Positions 28,398 to 38,979 of a stretch of 64,000 nucleotides of DNA are shown in pieces. The stretch lies in assembly GCA_964497325.1 (NCBI GenBank), contig CAZCCM010000001.1, forward strand, positions 10,103 through 74,102, written 5' to 3'. Position 1 is the stretch's first letter. Each line of letters starts with the position of its first letter. The position numbers and the translations under genes are program-made. The notes beneath the pieces were generated by a model. That model searched no databases, was not told where the DNA came from, and worked only from the letters and a program-made list of their open reading frames with translations. The DNA comes from an uncultured Lachnospiraceae bacterium (GTDB taxonomy: Bacteria; Bacillota; Clostridia; TANB77; CAG-508).

Positions 28398-31300
28398 AAT
28401 ATCTCCAAAAACTCTAATATATCAATTGTTTTTTTATTAAAATTATTGATGTTTTCTTTTTTAATTATATCATCTTTATTTTTTCTTTCCAATGCTCTCT
28501 TATTTTTATTATAGTTTTCAAAATCAACCACTATATAATTTTGATTTGATTTAGAAAATTTTAAATTATGTTTATATTTTTCTATTAAACTTTCTAATTT
28601 TCTAATTTGATAATTTTGAGGTAAATAAAAAAATGTTTTATTTTGTTTTTGAATTATTTTAAGCAGTTTTTTTTCTTTTGCTTTTAATTTTATTTTTGCT
28701 ATATTAAATAAATTTTCTAATTCAACTCCATATTTTCCAAATCTATCTAAAATTGAAACTTTTACTTCTTCTAATTCATTTATTGTTTTTGCAGAAAAAA
28801 TTTCTTGATAAACATCAATTTTTAAACTTTCTTTTTCTATATACTCATCCGGAATAAATTGCGAAACATTTAAATCAATATATATTTCTTCTTCTTTTTC
28901 TATAGCCTCGCCTTTTGATTCTTTTATTACTTCTTGTAAAATTGAAATATATGTATCATATCCTACCTGTTCCATATGACCATGCTGTATCTCTCCTAAT
29001 AAACTTCCTGCACCTCTTATTTCTAAATCTCTCATTGCAATTTTAAATCCTGATCCAAGTTCTGTAAATTCTTTAATTGCCTTTAATCTTTTTTCAGAAA
29101 CTTCTGATAAAACCTTATTTCTTTTAAATGTTATATATGCATATGCCTGTCTTTCAGATCTACCTACCCTACCTCTAATTTGATACAGTTGTGCTAAACC
29201 CAATCTATCAGCATCTTCAACTATTATTGTATTTGCATTAGGAATATCAATGCCTGATTCCATTATAGTAGTACTAATTAATACATCTATTTCTTTATCT
29301 ATAAAAGCTTGCATAATGTTTTCTATTTGTCTTGGAGTCATTTGTCCATGTGCATAAGCAAATTTTATATTAGGTAAATGTCTTTCTAACTCATACATTT
29401 TTGATTCAATATTTTGTACTCTATTAAATAAATAATATGATTGACCTCCTCTTTCAGCTTCAGCTAATATTGCTTCTTTTATTATTTCTAAATCATATTC
29501 TAATACATATGTTTTTATAGCTTTTCTATTAATTGGTGGATCATAAATAATTGACATGTCTCTTATTCCTGATAGTGACATGTTTATTGTTCTAGGAATT
29601 GGAGTCGCTGTCATTGATAAAACATCTACTGATTTTTTAAGCATCTTTATTTTTTCTTTATCTTTAACACCAAATCTATGTTCTTCATCAATAATAAGTA
29701 ATCCTAAATCTTTAAAAGATACATCTTCACTAAGAATTCTATGAGTTCCAATAATAATATTTATTTTTCCCAACCTTAATTGCTCTACAATCTCATTTTG
29801 TTCTTTTTTTGTTTTAAATCTAGACAAAAAATTAATATTTACAGGATATTTTTCCATTCTTCTAGAAAATTCATCATATTGCTGTTTTGCTAATATTGTA
29901 GTTGGAACTAAATATGCAACTTGTTTATTATCTTGCACAGCTTTGAAGGCTGCTCTAATAGCTACTTCTGTTTTTCCAAATCCAACATCTCCACATAATA
30001 ATCTGTCCATTGGTGTTAATTTATACATATCTTCTTTAATTTCTTCAATACATCTTATTTGATCTTCTGTTTCTTGATATTCAAAAGATTCCTCTAATTC
30101 TTTTTGCCAAACAGTATCCGGAGAAAAAGCAAATCCCTTTTGATTATTTCTTTCAGCATATAATAATACTAATTCTTCTGCTACCTCTCTTAACTGATTT
30201 TTAACCTTCTTCTGTGTTTTTTCCCAATCTTTTGTACCTAATTTACTTAATTTAGGAGTTATTCCATCTTTAGAAATATATTTTCTAACATTATCTAAAG
30301 CATTTGTTGGAACATAAAGAAAATCTCCACCTCTATATTCTATTTTAATATAGTCTTTTGATATACCAGAATTTGTAATTTTCATTATCTCAATAAATCT
30401 ACCAATTCCATATATTCTATGGACAACATAGTCTCCTAGCTCTAAATCCGCATATCTAATTTTTTCAGCCTTTTTATATGAATCAATTACTTTTAATTTT
30501 CTTTGTTTTTGTTGAAATAATTCTCCAAAACTTATAACTAAAACTTTTAATTCTTCATCAAAAAAACCAGTAGATAATTCACCATTATATATGTGTGCTA
30601 AATTCTTATTTTCTTCTATATTTTCAATATTGCTTCCAATATTATATTTAATATTACGGTTTTCTAACATTTCTGCTAAAGCTTTTGGATTTCCTCCTGC
30701 TAATAATATAACCGTATTCTTTTTTTCTAATTTTTCTTTAATTTCTTCAAATAAGAAATCCAAAGTATTACGAAAAAAGTTTACCTCCCTATAGTTAAAA
30801 CTATATCCATTTCTTTTTGCATGCATACTTTGTTTATTTAATATCACAGTATCTTCCTGTGCTATATATATTAAATTTTTATTGCTTTTTACTAATTTAT
30901 CCATAAACATTTTATATGTTTGTTGTAAATCTAAAGACTCAATACCATATCTACCTTTTTCATAAAGAGCCTGAATTATTAATTGATTATCTTTATTTAT
31001 ACTGTTTAATCTATTTTGTAGCTTATTTGTTTCATTAATTACTATTAAATAATCATTAGATAAATAGTCTAAAAATGTTCCAAACTCTGGGTAAAATTCA
31101 CAAAAATATTTTTCTATTTTATTAATATAATTAGAATTTTTTAAATCTACTAAATCATCAGTAATATTTGAAAGTATTTTTCCTTTTACAGAAATATTAG
31201 AAATACTACCTCTAACATCATTTAATGATTTTGAAAGAATAAACTCTGTAGCCGGATATATTTTTACACTTTTTTGGTCTTTTTCTGATCTTTGAGTTAA

Positions 31301-31945
31301 AGTATTAAAATTCCTAATTGATTCAACTTCATCTCCCCATAATTCAATTCTAACACCTTTATTTTTTTCTAAAGAAACATCAATTATTCCACCTCTAACA
31401 CTAAAGGCTGATGCTCCATCAACTAAATCCTGTCTCTCATATCCTAATTTTACTAATTTTTCTGTAATATCACTTATATTAACAATATCTCCTAGTTTAA
31501 TTTCTATCTTATTATTATATAAATCTTTAGGTAATATCATAGGTTGAGTTATTGCATCAATTGTTGTAACAATAACATCTGCCTTTTTTTCTAATAATTT
31601 TTGCAAAACTCCATTTCTTTCAAATAAATTTTCTTTACTTTCAGCAAATGTATCAAAATTTTTAATATCTCTTTTAGGAAAATATACCGCATTTTTATTA
31701 AAATATTCAAAATCTTTCAATGCGTTTTTTGCATCAATCTCATTTGAAACGATATAAACTAAAGGTCTTTTTACTAGTAATGTTGTTGCAGACATCATTT
31801 GAACTTTAGCAACTGAAGTTAAACCTGACAACATAATAGGAGATTTATTAGATTTAACATCCTTTATATAACTCCCAAACTTTTTTGAATTAATTAATGT
31901 TTCTAATATTACATCCATTTTTTCTCTTTCTTTCTTTTGAAACAT
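28394..31945 (-). CDS. mfd: Transcription-repair coupling factor Mfd
   Basis: 1183 aa. The helicase motifs are 'LLCGDVGFGKTEVAIRAAF' (Walker A) and 'LLIIDEEHRFG' (DEEH box). The flanking domains resemble UvrB and TRG. Confidence 0.9.
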   Translation of the reverse strand: MFQKKEREKMDVILETLINSKKFGSYIKDVKSNKSPIMLSGLTSVAKVQMMSATTLLVKRPLVYIVSNEIDAKNALKDFEYFNKNAVYFPKRDIKNFDTFAESKENLFERNGVLQKLLEKKADVIVTTIDAITQPMILPKDLYNNKIEIKLGDIVNISDITEKLVKLGYERQDLVDGASAFSVRGGIIDVSLEKNKGVRIELWGDEVESIRNFNTLTQRSEKDQKSVKIYPATEFILSKSLNDVRGSISNISVKGKILSNITDDLVDLKNSNYINKIEKYFCEFYPEFGTFLDYLSNDYLIVINETNKLQNRLNSINKDNQLIIQALYEKGRYGIESLDLQQTYKMFMDKLVKSNKNLIYIAQEDTVILNKQSMHAKRNGYSFNYREVNFFRNTLDFLFEEIKEKLEKKNTVILLAGGNPKALAEMLENRNIKYNIGSNIENIEENKNLAHIYNGELSTGFFDEELKVLVISFGELFQQKQRKLKVIDSYKKAEKIRYADLELGDYVVHRIYGIGRFIEIMKITNSGISKDYIKIEYRGGDFLYVPTNALDNVRKYISKDGITPKLSKLGTKDWEKTQKKVKNQLREVAEELVLLYAERNNQKGFAFSPDTVWQKELEESFEYQETEDQIRCIEEIKEDMYKLTPMDRLLCGDVGFGKTEVAIRAAFKAVQDNKQVAYLVPTTILAKQQYDEFSRRMEKYPVNINFLSRFKTKKEQNEIVEQLRLGKINIIIGTHRILSEDVSFKDLGLLIIDEEHRFGVKDKEKIKMLKKSVDVLSMTATPIPRTINMSLSGIRDMSIIYDPPINRKAIKTYVLEYDLEIIKEAILAEAERGGQSYYLFNRVQNIESKMYELERHLPNIKFAYAHGQMTPRQIENIMQAFIDKEIDVLISTTIMESGIDIPNANTIIVEDADRLGLAQLYQIRGRVGRSERQAYAYITFKRNKVLSEVSEKRLKAIKEFTELGSGFKIAMRDLEIRGAGSLLGEIQHGHMEQVGYDTYISILQEVIKESKGEAIEKEEEIYIDLNVSQFIPDEYIEKESLKIDVYQEIFSAKTINELEEVKVSILDRFGKYGVELENLFNIAKIKLKAKEKKLLKIIQKQNKTFFYLPQNYQIRKLESLIEKYKHNLKFSKSNQNYIVVDFENYNKNKRALERKNKDDIIKKENINNFNKKTIDILEFLEIL

Positions 31946-32227
31946 GTTAATATTATACTATAAATACTGTTAAGATAAAAGCTATTTTACAACATAAGCT
32001 TAATTTTTAACTAATACTTGTCTACAATTTTAAACAAATTTTCAAATAATTAATTTTTGCTAAAGGAAGCATCCTATGTATTTAGATAATTTTTTATATG
32101 TTTTATTGTTATTTATTGCATTTACTTTGAGAAATAATATTTTTTTACTTGCCTTTCTATTTTAACTTATATATAATTTATTATAAGAATACTATTAAGA
32201 TATTTAAGATAATCTTTGGAGGTAATT

Positions 32228-32488
32228 ATGGAAAAAAGTGAAAAAGCAGAAGATATGATAGAAGTTTCAAAAAGTGCAATGGTTTTAAAAACAATATATT
32301 CAGTATTAATAGTTGTTATTATAATAAATTGTATTATTTTAATAGCTTCAATATTAACTAAACCTGATAAAGCTCCAATTGTTTCTAAGTTTAAAGTAAT
32401 TAATACTAATGATATTAATTTTAATAATAATCCAGAAAGCAATATTGAAACAAGTAATAATTTACCTATCCCTGAAGAAAATATATAA
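32228..32488 (+). CDS. Small single-TM membrane protein (hypothetical)
   Basis: ATG at 32228, 6 nt after GGAGG. It has one TM, 'VLIVVIIINCIILIASIL'. The overlapping minus-strand ORF 32167..32442 has no RBS and I prefer this one. Confidence 0.35.
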   Translation: MEKSEKAEDMIEVSKSAMVLKTIYSVLIVVIIINCIILIASILTKPDKAPIVSKFKVINTNDINFNNNPESNIETSNNLPIPEENI

Positions 32489-32560
32489 AAGAATTTTACT
32501 TTGTTATTAGTTTTGTTAGATAATTATAATCTATAATAATAACAGCAAAAGATAATTTAA

Positions 32561-32586
32561 AAAGCTCCTTTTTAAGGAGCTTTTTT
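32561..32586. terminator. Bidirectional rho-independent terminator between the small ORF and the nrdD-like gene
   Basis: A perfect 10-bp stem 'AAAGCTCCTT'/'AAGGAGCTTT' with a 3-nt loop. A T6 run follows it and an A-run precedes it. Confidence 0.65.
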
Positions 32587-32620
32587 GATTGTTCATAATT
32601 TTTTAGTCTATTGTTTATTT

Positions 32621-34732
32621 TTATTTAAAACTAACATATCCTATGTTTTTTTCAATTAGCTTGTTTATAACAGCAAAAAAACTTTTTTTACTTTTAACTT
32701 CATTTTTATTTAAAATAAGTTCATGACCTCCATTGCAAAGCCCATGATAATTTGATTCAATTTTAAGTTTTTCATCTAAGGATATATTTGCTTGAGAAAA
32801 GAAAGAATCTGTATATTCTTTATCAGTTATTCCTTCTAATTTTCCATATATAGCTCTATCTAATTGCAAAAAAGTTTTTGAAACTTCATCATCTTTTGTA
32901 GCAAGTAATGTAAAGTTTAAATTTTCGTCTTCTGAAAACTCATCACAAATATTTCGCATTGTTTTTACTATTTTTTGAGCTAAATTTAAAGATTCCTTAC
33001 TTTCACTTTGCTTTTTTCCTGTAAGAGCCTTTACGCATTCATCTAAACCAACAAATCCAATTGAAAAGTTACCTTGTTTTAAAGCTCTCCTTAATCTATC
33101 TTCTTCTTTTAATCTATCTCCATCTAGCCAAACATTTTCTTCTAAAAGAAAAGGATATAAGGACTTTCTTTTTTCACATTGAATTTCAAATCTTTCCAAC
33201 AAAGAATCCTTTACTAATGTCATTATTTTTTCTAAATCCATAAAAAATTCTTTAGTCTCTCTTAAATTCATATTTTTAATACCTAGTCTTGGAAGATTAA
33301 TAGTTGCTATTGCAATATTTCCTCTGCTAAAAGTAACTGATTTCCTAGGATCAATACTATTATCTATAACTCTATGTCTTAAATGTGATGAAACAGCTTC
33401 AGTTGCAAAATCATCTTTTATATATAATTTTTTATTATACTTTGCATCTAATAAAACAAAAGATATTTTATATCCTTTTTCTAGAAGTTTATAAGTCTCT
33501 AACAATAAATCATAGTTTTTGTCTTCCTCAAGTAAATTAACACCATCTTTTATTTTAAATATTAAATATGGTAAATCAGTTTTTATAAAATCACCTATAC
33601 CATTTTCAAAAGCCTTTAATAAGTTTTTTGTTACCATTCTACCTTCTGCAGAAGTATCTGTTCCAAAGCTTACTGTAGTTATATGGTTAGTTTCATTGTC
33701 TAATATATTTACATTGTGTAAAAAAGCTTCTAAAGCTTGATAAGTGAATTTATCTGTTATTTTTAAAGCTTTTTCATATGCTTCAACTAAAAGTCTTTGT
33801 AATTGTTTGGAATCTCTTAAATATTGGAAAAAAATTTTTATATCAAAATCAATAGTTTCTATTCTATCTATTTCTCTTTCAATACCATTTGTTGCAACAA
33901 ATTTATTAAATTCAGTAAACTCTAGTAATGAAAAAACTTCTTCTTTAAACTGCTTCTTAAAAGATTTTAAAACACCTGGAGCTAAAAAATAATCTAATGC
34001 TGGGATTGTTTGTTCACCACTTTGTTCTTTTCTTGCCGCATTTATTATCATTGTAGTTTGTAATGCATAAGACATAATACTTTGTGGTTCTCTAATTTTC
34101 ACTCCTGAAACCTTATATCCATCTTTAAAAATTTTTTCTAAATCTAAATTCATATTAGCTGTTGCCCCTGTTGGGGTATAATCTAAATAATGAATAAAAA
34201 AATCACCTTCTTCATGTGCTTCAGAAAACTTTTCTTTGATTAAATATGCCTTTGTAAATTCCTCAGATACTGCAGACCCATAAACTTTTAAAATATTTTC
34301 AGGATTATTATGTTCAATATAGTTTACATCATTTCTACTTTGTAAACCTAAATTTTCAATTACTTTTATAAACTTATGTTGTTTCTTTTCATTTAAAAAA
34401 ACTTCTCTTGATTTTTTTCTATTTTCTCTATAAGCAGAAAAAGATTTATATACATCTAAATATTTTTGTCTTTTAAGTCTGTCTTCTATCATATCTTGAA
34501 TTTCTTCAATTTTTATTTTATCATTCTTTTTTTGAAATTCTTCAATATCTTTTAAAACATCAACAAACACTTTATTTATATCTTTGTCAGTATATTTGTT
34601 TTTTTGCCCATCAATAGTAATACTATCAAAACCTTTTTTTATAGCAACAGCAATTTTTGTTCCATCAAAATTTACCTTTTTACCATTTCTTTTTAAAACA
34701 ATAATATCTATTTTGTTATCTACTTTATCCAT
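32621..34732 (-). CDS. nrdD: Class III (anaerobic) ribonucleoside-triphosphate reductase-like protein with an N-terminal ATP-cone
   Basis: 703 aa. The N-terminal 'IIVLKRNGKKVNFDGTKIAVAIKKGF' is ATP-cone-like. The large central domain resembles NrdD. The C-terminal 'NIGYVSFK' could hold the glycyl-radical Gly. The usual 4-Cys zinc ribbon is not evident. Confidence 0.55.
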   Translation of the reverse strand: MDKVDNKIDIIVLKRNGKKVNFDGTKIAVAIKKGFDSITIDGQKNKYTDKDINKVFVDVLKDIEEFQKKNDKIKIEEIQDMIEDRLKRQKYLDVYKSFSAYRENRKKSREVFLNEKKQHKFIKVIENLGLQSRNDVNYIEHNNPENILKVYGSAVSEEFTKAYLIKEKFSEAHEEGDFFIHYLDYTPTGATANMNLDLEKIFKDGYKVSGVKIREPQSIMSYALQTTMIINAARKEQSGEQTIPALDYFLAPGVLKSFKKQFKEEVFSLLEFTEFNKFVATNGIEREIDRIETIDFDIKIFFQYLRDSKQLQRLLVEAYEKALKITDKFTYQALEAFLHNVNILDNETNHITTVSFGTDTSAEGRMVTKNLLKAFENGIGDFIKTDLPYLIFKIKDGVNLLEEDKNYDLLLETYKLLEKGYKISFVLLDAKYNKKLYIKDDFATEAVSSHLRHRVIDNSIDPRKSVTFSRGNIAIATINLPRLGIKNMNLRETKEFFMDLEKIMTLVKDSLLERFEIQCEKRKSLYPFLLEENVWLDGDRLKEEDRLRRALKQGNFSIGFVGLDECVKALTGKKQSESKESLNLAQKIVKTMRNICDEFSEDENLNFTLLATKDDEVSKTFLQLDRAIYGKLEGITDKEYTDSFFSQANISLDEKLKIESNYHGLCNGGHELILNKNEVKSKKSFFAVINKLIEKNIGYVSFK

Positions 34733-34838
34733 ATTTTCTCCAAATAATATTTTTATTACACATTATAACTTTGAAATATTACAAAATTGTAACGGCTGTA
34801 AACCTCTACTTATATGTTTCAACCTTTAATCTATACTT

Positions 34839-35825
34839 TTATTCAGTTTTTTTAGATTCTTTTGTAGTCTCTCTTTTATCAGCATTTGTTTTAGTTTTAG
34901 TTGTTTTTTCTTTAACTTCTTTCTTTGGTTTTTCTGTTTTTTCTTCTTCTTTTACATCTTCTATTTTAGCTTCAACAACTTTTTCTTTTACCTTTTCTTC
35001 TTCAACAACTTTTTCTTTAATTTCACTTTTATCTTTTTTATATTCATCCTCTCCAAAACCTAAAATACTATTAAATATTGTTGGTAATAAAATTAAACCA
35101 ATAGCAAAAGGACTTGGTTGACCAAAAACCTTCGAAAGTTTTATGGCAGTAACAATTTTTATTACTATGTGAGCAACTATAAATATAAATGGACCAAAAA
35201 CTGGTATAAATAATGTAAAATAAATTAATAATAGTGCTGGAGACAAATCCGCTATCTCTAATAATAAAACATCTTTATATACTGGTAATAATAATCCCCA
35301 TCCTGGTTTTCCTGCTTTATTATAGATTCTCCATTTTGCTATAAATGTAATTATTACTAATACTAATTTTATACCCAAAACACTTAAAATAAATCCTAAA
35401 AGTCCAATTATTGATGCTCTAAATATTGGATTTGAAATAGTCTCTATAACACTCCACTTTAAACGATCTACCTCTGCTTGAAATTCATCGCTTAAAAAAA
35501 CTTTATCTAGACTTTCTATTGCTTCACCTAATTTTTCTAAAGGTTCTTCCATCATTATTAACATTCTATCAATAGACTCTTCTTCTGGTATATTTTTTGT
35601 AATTTTTTCATCATTTGAATCATTTTCTTCTTGTAGTTTTTCTTTTACTTCTTCTTTTAAGCTTCTTGCATTAATTTGTAAATCTTGAACAATATCTTCC
35701 CCAACTTCTTCTCTAATTTTTGACTCTATTAATGTAGATGCATTTGATTTTATTCCAATCATAGCAAATATTATAATCGATATTATTAGAATCATTTGTA
35801 TTTTGTAATTTACTCTTTTTTTCAT
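34839..35825 (-). CDS. Hypothetical polytopic membrane protein with an N-terminal coiled-coil and a C-terminal K/E-rich tail
   Basis: 328 aa with a signal/TM, several central hydrophobic helices, and a terminal run 'EEKVKEKVVEAKIEDVKEEEKTEKPKK'. Confidence 0.4.
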   Translation of the reverse strand: MKKRVNYKIQMILIISIIIFAMIGIKSNASTLIESKIREEVGEDIVQDLQINARSLKEEVKEKLQEENDSNDEKITKNIPEEESIDRMLIMMEEPLEKLGEAIESLDKVFLSDEFQAEVDRLKWSVIETISNPIFRASIIGLLGFILSVLGIKLVLVIITFIAKWRIYNKAGKPGWGLLLPVYKDVLLLEIADLSPALLLIYFTLFIPVFGPFIFIVAHIVIKIVTAIKLSKVFGQPSPFAIGLILLPTIFNSILGFGEDEYKKDKSEIKEKVVEEEKVKEKVVEAKIEDVKEEEKTEKPKKEVKEKTTKTKTNADKRETTKESKKTE

Positions 35826-35937
35826 ATTTCTTTCTCCCTATATTTTTTATCTTCTATTTTTAATATTATTTTTTTAGTTTTTTTAATTTTCTGTTCGGTT
35901 TTTAAGCTACCTCATTTTATTATATGTTCTATCTTTA

Positions 35938-37311
35938 TTATTTCATCTTTGCTATTTGATTTATTGTTTCTTTAAAAACATCTCCTCTTTCTTCAAAATT
36001 TTTATAAAATCCATAACTTGCTGCTGCTGGAGAAAGAAGACAATTCCCTTCTTTTGTAACTTTAACAGCCTCTTTTACCGCCTCTTTTATATCGTTTACT
36101 ATAACTTTATTATATTCTTCTCTGATTTCTTGTTCTACATCATGCCCAGTAGTAGGTAATAATATTATGTTTTTTAAACTATATTCATTTAACTCATAAA
36201 TTTTATTTAAGAACTTTATTAAGACTTTATAATTTATATTCCTATTTAATCCTCCTATAATAAGAGTCTCCGTTTCTTTTAATGTCTTTAAAGCAGCTAT
36301 AGTTGTTTCTGGTATTGTTGAAATTGAATCATCATAATATTTAACATTATTAAATGTTGTAACATATTCTAATCTATGAGGCAATCCTTTAAAGTTTTTT
36401 ATTGTTTCGATAGCTTTTTCCATATTAACGTTTAATATGTCAGCAACAACTAATGCAAATATGGCATTTTGTATATTATGTCTTCCTACCACTTTTAAAT
36501 CTAATTTTTTTATAATATCATCATATATTCCATCTTCTATGTTAATACATAGAGATTCTTTATTATACTTATATTTCTTTTGTTTCATAGATTCTGTCTC
36601 TTTTCCATAAATTTGAGTTTGTTTAAATTTAGGAAATTCTTTTAACATGTTTTGTGAATTCGAAAAAATTTTGTACTTACAATCTACATATTCTTTATAT
36701 GAATTATAATGATCTAAATGCTCAGGAAAAACATTGATTAATATTGCTATTTGAGTCGTATACTTCATGAATTGCAATTGATGAGAAGATAATTCTATAA
36801 CAACAATTGAATCTTTGTTTATATTTTCTATTTGATCAAATATAGGTATTCCAATATTTCCTAACAAATAAACGTCTTTATTTTCATTCTTTAAAATATT
36901 ATAAATCATTGTTGAAATCGTGCTTTTCCCTTTAGTACCTGTAACTCCTATTGTTACATTATTGTAATATTTTAAAAATAAATCAATAGAAGTATATATT
37001 TTGTCCTCAATTTTAGATATCTTTATTCCTTTAAAAGAAAGACCTGGAGTTTTTAAAATTAAATCATATTTTTTTAAATTTTCTAAATATTTATCACCAG
37101 TTGTTATTTCTACTAAATTTTTTTCTACTTCTTTAATAAGTTTTTTATTAATTTCATTATTCTCAACTCTAAAATCTTTTTTGTCAGAAATATATATTTT
37201 TTTATTAGGAAAATTTCTTCGTAAAAAATTATATGAGGCTTTTCCTTCTATTCCAAAGCCTAATACTAAAATCTTTTTATCTTTTAAAAAGTCTAATAAT
37301 TCTTCTAACAT
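35938..37311 (-). CDS. murD: UDP-N-acetylmuramoyl-L-alanine--D-glutamate ligase MurD
   Basis: 457 aa. The Mur ligase P-loop is 'GVTGTKGKSTIST'. The N-terminal is a Rossmann 'LVLGFGIEGKA'. Confidence 0.85.
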   Translation of the reverse strand: MLEELLDFLKDKKILVLGFGIEGKASYNFLRRNFPNKKIYISDKKDFRVENNEINKKLIKEVEKNLVEITTGDKYLENLKKYDLILKTPGLSFKGIKISKIEDKIYTSIDLFLKYYNNVTIGVTGTKGKSTISTMIYNILKNENKDVYLLGNIGIPIFDQIENINKDSIVVIELSSHQLQFMKYTTQIAILINVFPEHLDHYNSYKEYVDCKYKIFSNSQNMLKEFPKFKQTQIYGKETESMKQKKYKYNKESLCINIEDGIYDDIIKKLDLKVVGRHNIQNAIFALVVADILNVNMEKAIETIKNFKGLPHRLEYVTTFNNVKYYDDSISTIPETTIAALKTLKETETLIIGGLNRNINYKVLIKFLNKIYELNEYSLKNIILLPTTGHDVEQEIREEYNKVIVNDIKEAVKEAVKVTKEGNCLLSPAAASYGFYKNFEERGDVFKETINQIAKMK

Positions 37312-37314
37312 CTT

Positions 37315-38979
37315 TTAATCCTCACTTTTTATAGTTTTTTTTACTATTTCTTCTATAAAATCTGGTAAAAAATTATCCTTATTATATAATAAGTAAAGAT
37401 TCTTTTTTTCATCAATTTTATCTAAAGAGCTTTCTTCTCTTTCTTCTAATTTGCTTTTTTTTCTATTTACTTCTGATAAATATATTTCTTTATATTTTTC
37501 TAAAAGAATAGGTAATTTTTTTTCTTTAGTCTTTTCATTAATTTTTAATTTTTCCATTAATTTATTTAAAGAAAATTTTGTTTCAACCTTTGTTCCTACA
37601 CATTCAAATGGTTTTGCATCTCTTTTCCCAATAAGTTTATACATATCTTCAAGCAATCCTTCATTTTCAAAAATATCTGAACCAAATATTTCTATTAATT
37701 TATCTTTATATAAAAATGGTGCAAGTATAATGTAAGCAAATAAACATTTTGAACAATTACAACACCATTCCCATTTTTCTCCTTTACTTCCTACATTACA
37801 AGAATTAAATGTATGAAAATATTTTTCATATCTTGCAAAAATTTTAGCAATCCCTACTTCTGTTAAAGGTCTTAAAATACTAAAATATTCTATATCAATA
37901 TTTAGAAACTTTAAATATTCTCTAAAGTCTTTTTCAAATTCAATAGCCTTAGAATATTGGTGATTAATATCTAAATCTACGACTGTAGGTTCATTGGCTG
38001 AAGATTCATTTGATAAAGGAATATATTTTTTATTTAATATATATGCAGCCAAGATTGATAAAAATGCTACTGTTGCAGAAAATGGAACATGTCCATTAAA
38101 AAATCCTTGCTCATTTCTTAATTTAAGTTTAGGATCAAAATTTCTTTCTACTTTAACTACTTCACTATTTTTATAGCCTGCAACTTCTGCTGTTTTTATT
38201 CTAGCTCCTTTATAATCTATTGCAAATAATGTATTTATTCCTTTAAATTCTTTTAGCAATTCTAAAGTAACAACTGAGTCTTTCCCCCCACCTATAGGAA
38301 TTAAAAATCCTTCTTTTTCTATATCTAAATATTTGTTTTCTCCTTTATTATTATTTTCATTATAATATTCATCTAATTTAGTATTTGCAATAATTTTAAC
38401 AAATTGTTCTTCGTCTATACTTAATAGTTTGTTTAAGTATCTATATTCTCCTAATCCATTAAATATTAACTTTGACCACCATTCTTTTTGAAATTCTTCC
38501 ATTTCTTCCGAAACTATAAAATTTTGTACTGGAAAAACTTTATAATATGAAATTCCTTCTACCATTCCTATATTAAAAATAATATTTTCAAATTCTTTAG
38601 AAGAAACTTTTTCTTTAATATATTCTTCAATTTCTTTTATTTTTAAATCTTTTAAATGTTTGTTTTTCTTTAATTCATCTAAACTAATATTGATTTTAAC
38701 TTCATGTTCAAAAGAAAAATCTTCTTTTGAAAAAGGAAAATTTGTTGGATTTTCAGAAATAACTTTTTTACCTATTAAGTTTTGTTTAAAATTAACAAGA
38801 TCTAACATAGAAGAATCAAAAAAATAATAATACTTTAATATAAATAATAATGAATGAGATGAATCAATATTCTTTTCATCTTCATTTATTTGAACAATAA
38901 CCTCAGAATTTTCATAATGAAAAGACACCCTATCTCTCTCTTTTAATATCTCTTTTTGTAATTCAGTCATATTTATCAC
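37315..38979 (-). CDS. PP-loop (N-type ATP pyrophosphatase) superfamily protein with a long N-terminal extension and a Cys-rich C-terminal motif. Possibly an RNA thiolation/modification enzyme.
   Basis: 554 aa. The PP-loop 'IPIGGGKDSVVTLELL' sits at about residue 230. The C-terminus carries 'FNSCNVGSKGEKWEWCCNCSKC'. It is translationally coupled to rarA upstream and murD downstream. Confidence 0.45.
   Translation of the reverse strand: MINMTELQKEILKERDRVSFHYENSEVIVQINEDEKNIDSSHSLLFILKYYYFFDSSMLDLVNFKQNLIGKKVISENPTNFPFSKEDFSFEHEVKINISLDELKKNKHLKDLKIKEIEEYIKEKVSSKEFENIIFNIGMVEGISYYKVFPVQNFIVSEEMEEFQKEWWSKLIFNGLGEYRYLNKLLSIDEEQFVKIIANTKLDEYYNENNNKGENKYLDIEKEGFLIPIGGGKDSVVTLELLKEFKGINTLFAIDYKGARIKTAEVAGYKNSEVVKVERNFDPKLKLRNEQGFFNGHVPFSATVAFLSILAAYILNKKYIPLSNESSANEPTVVDLDINHQYSKAIEFEKDFREYLKFLNIDIEYFSILRPLTEVGIAKIFARYEKYFHTFNSCNVGSKGEKWEWCCNCSKCLFAYIILAPFLYKDKLIEIFGSDIFENEGLLEDMYKLIGKRDAKPFECVGTKVETKFSLNKLMEKLKINEKTKEKKLPILLEKYKEIYLSEVNRKKSKLEEREESSLDKIDEKKNLYLLYNKDNFLPDFIEEIVKKTIKSED

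Noticed and set aside
32167-32442. 91-aa minus-strand ORF overlapping the small plus-strand ORF
   Set aside because: It has no RBS. The plus-strand ORF has GGAGG 6 nt before its ATG, and only one of the two overlapping frames is likely real.
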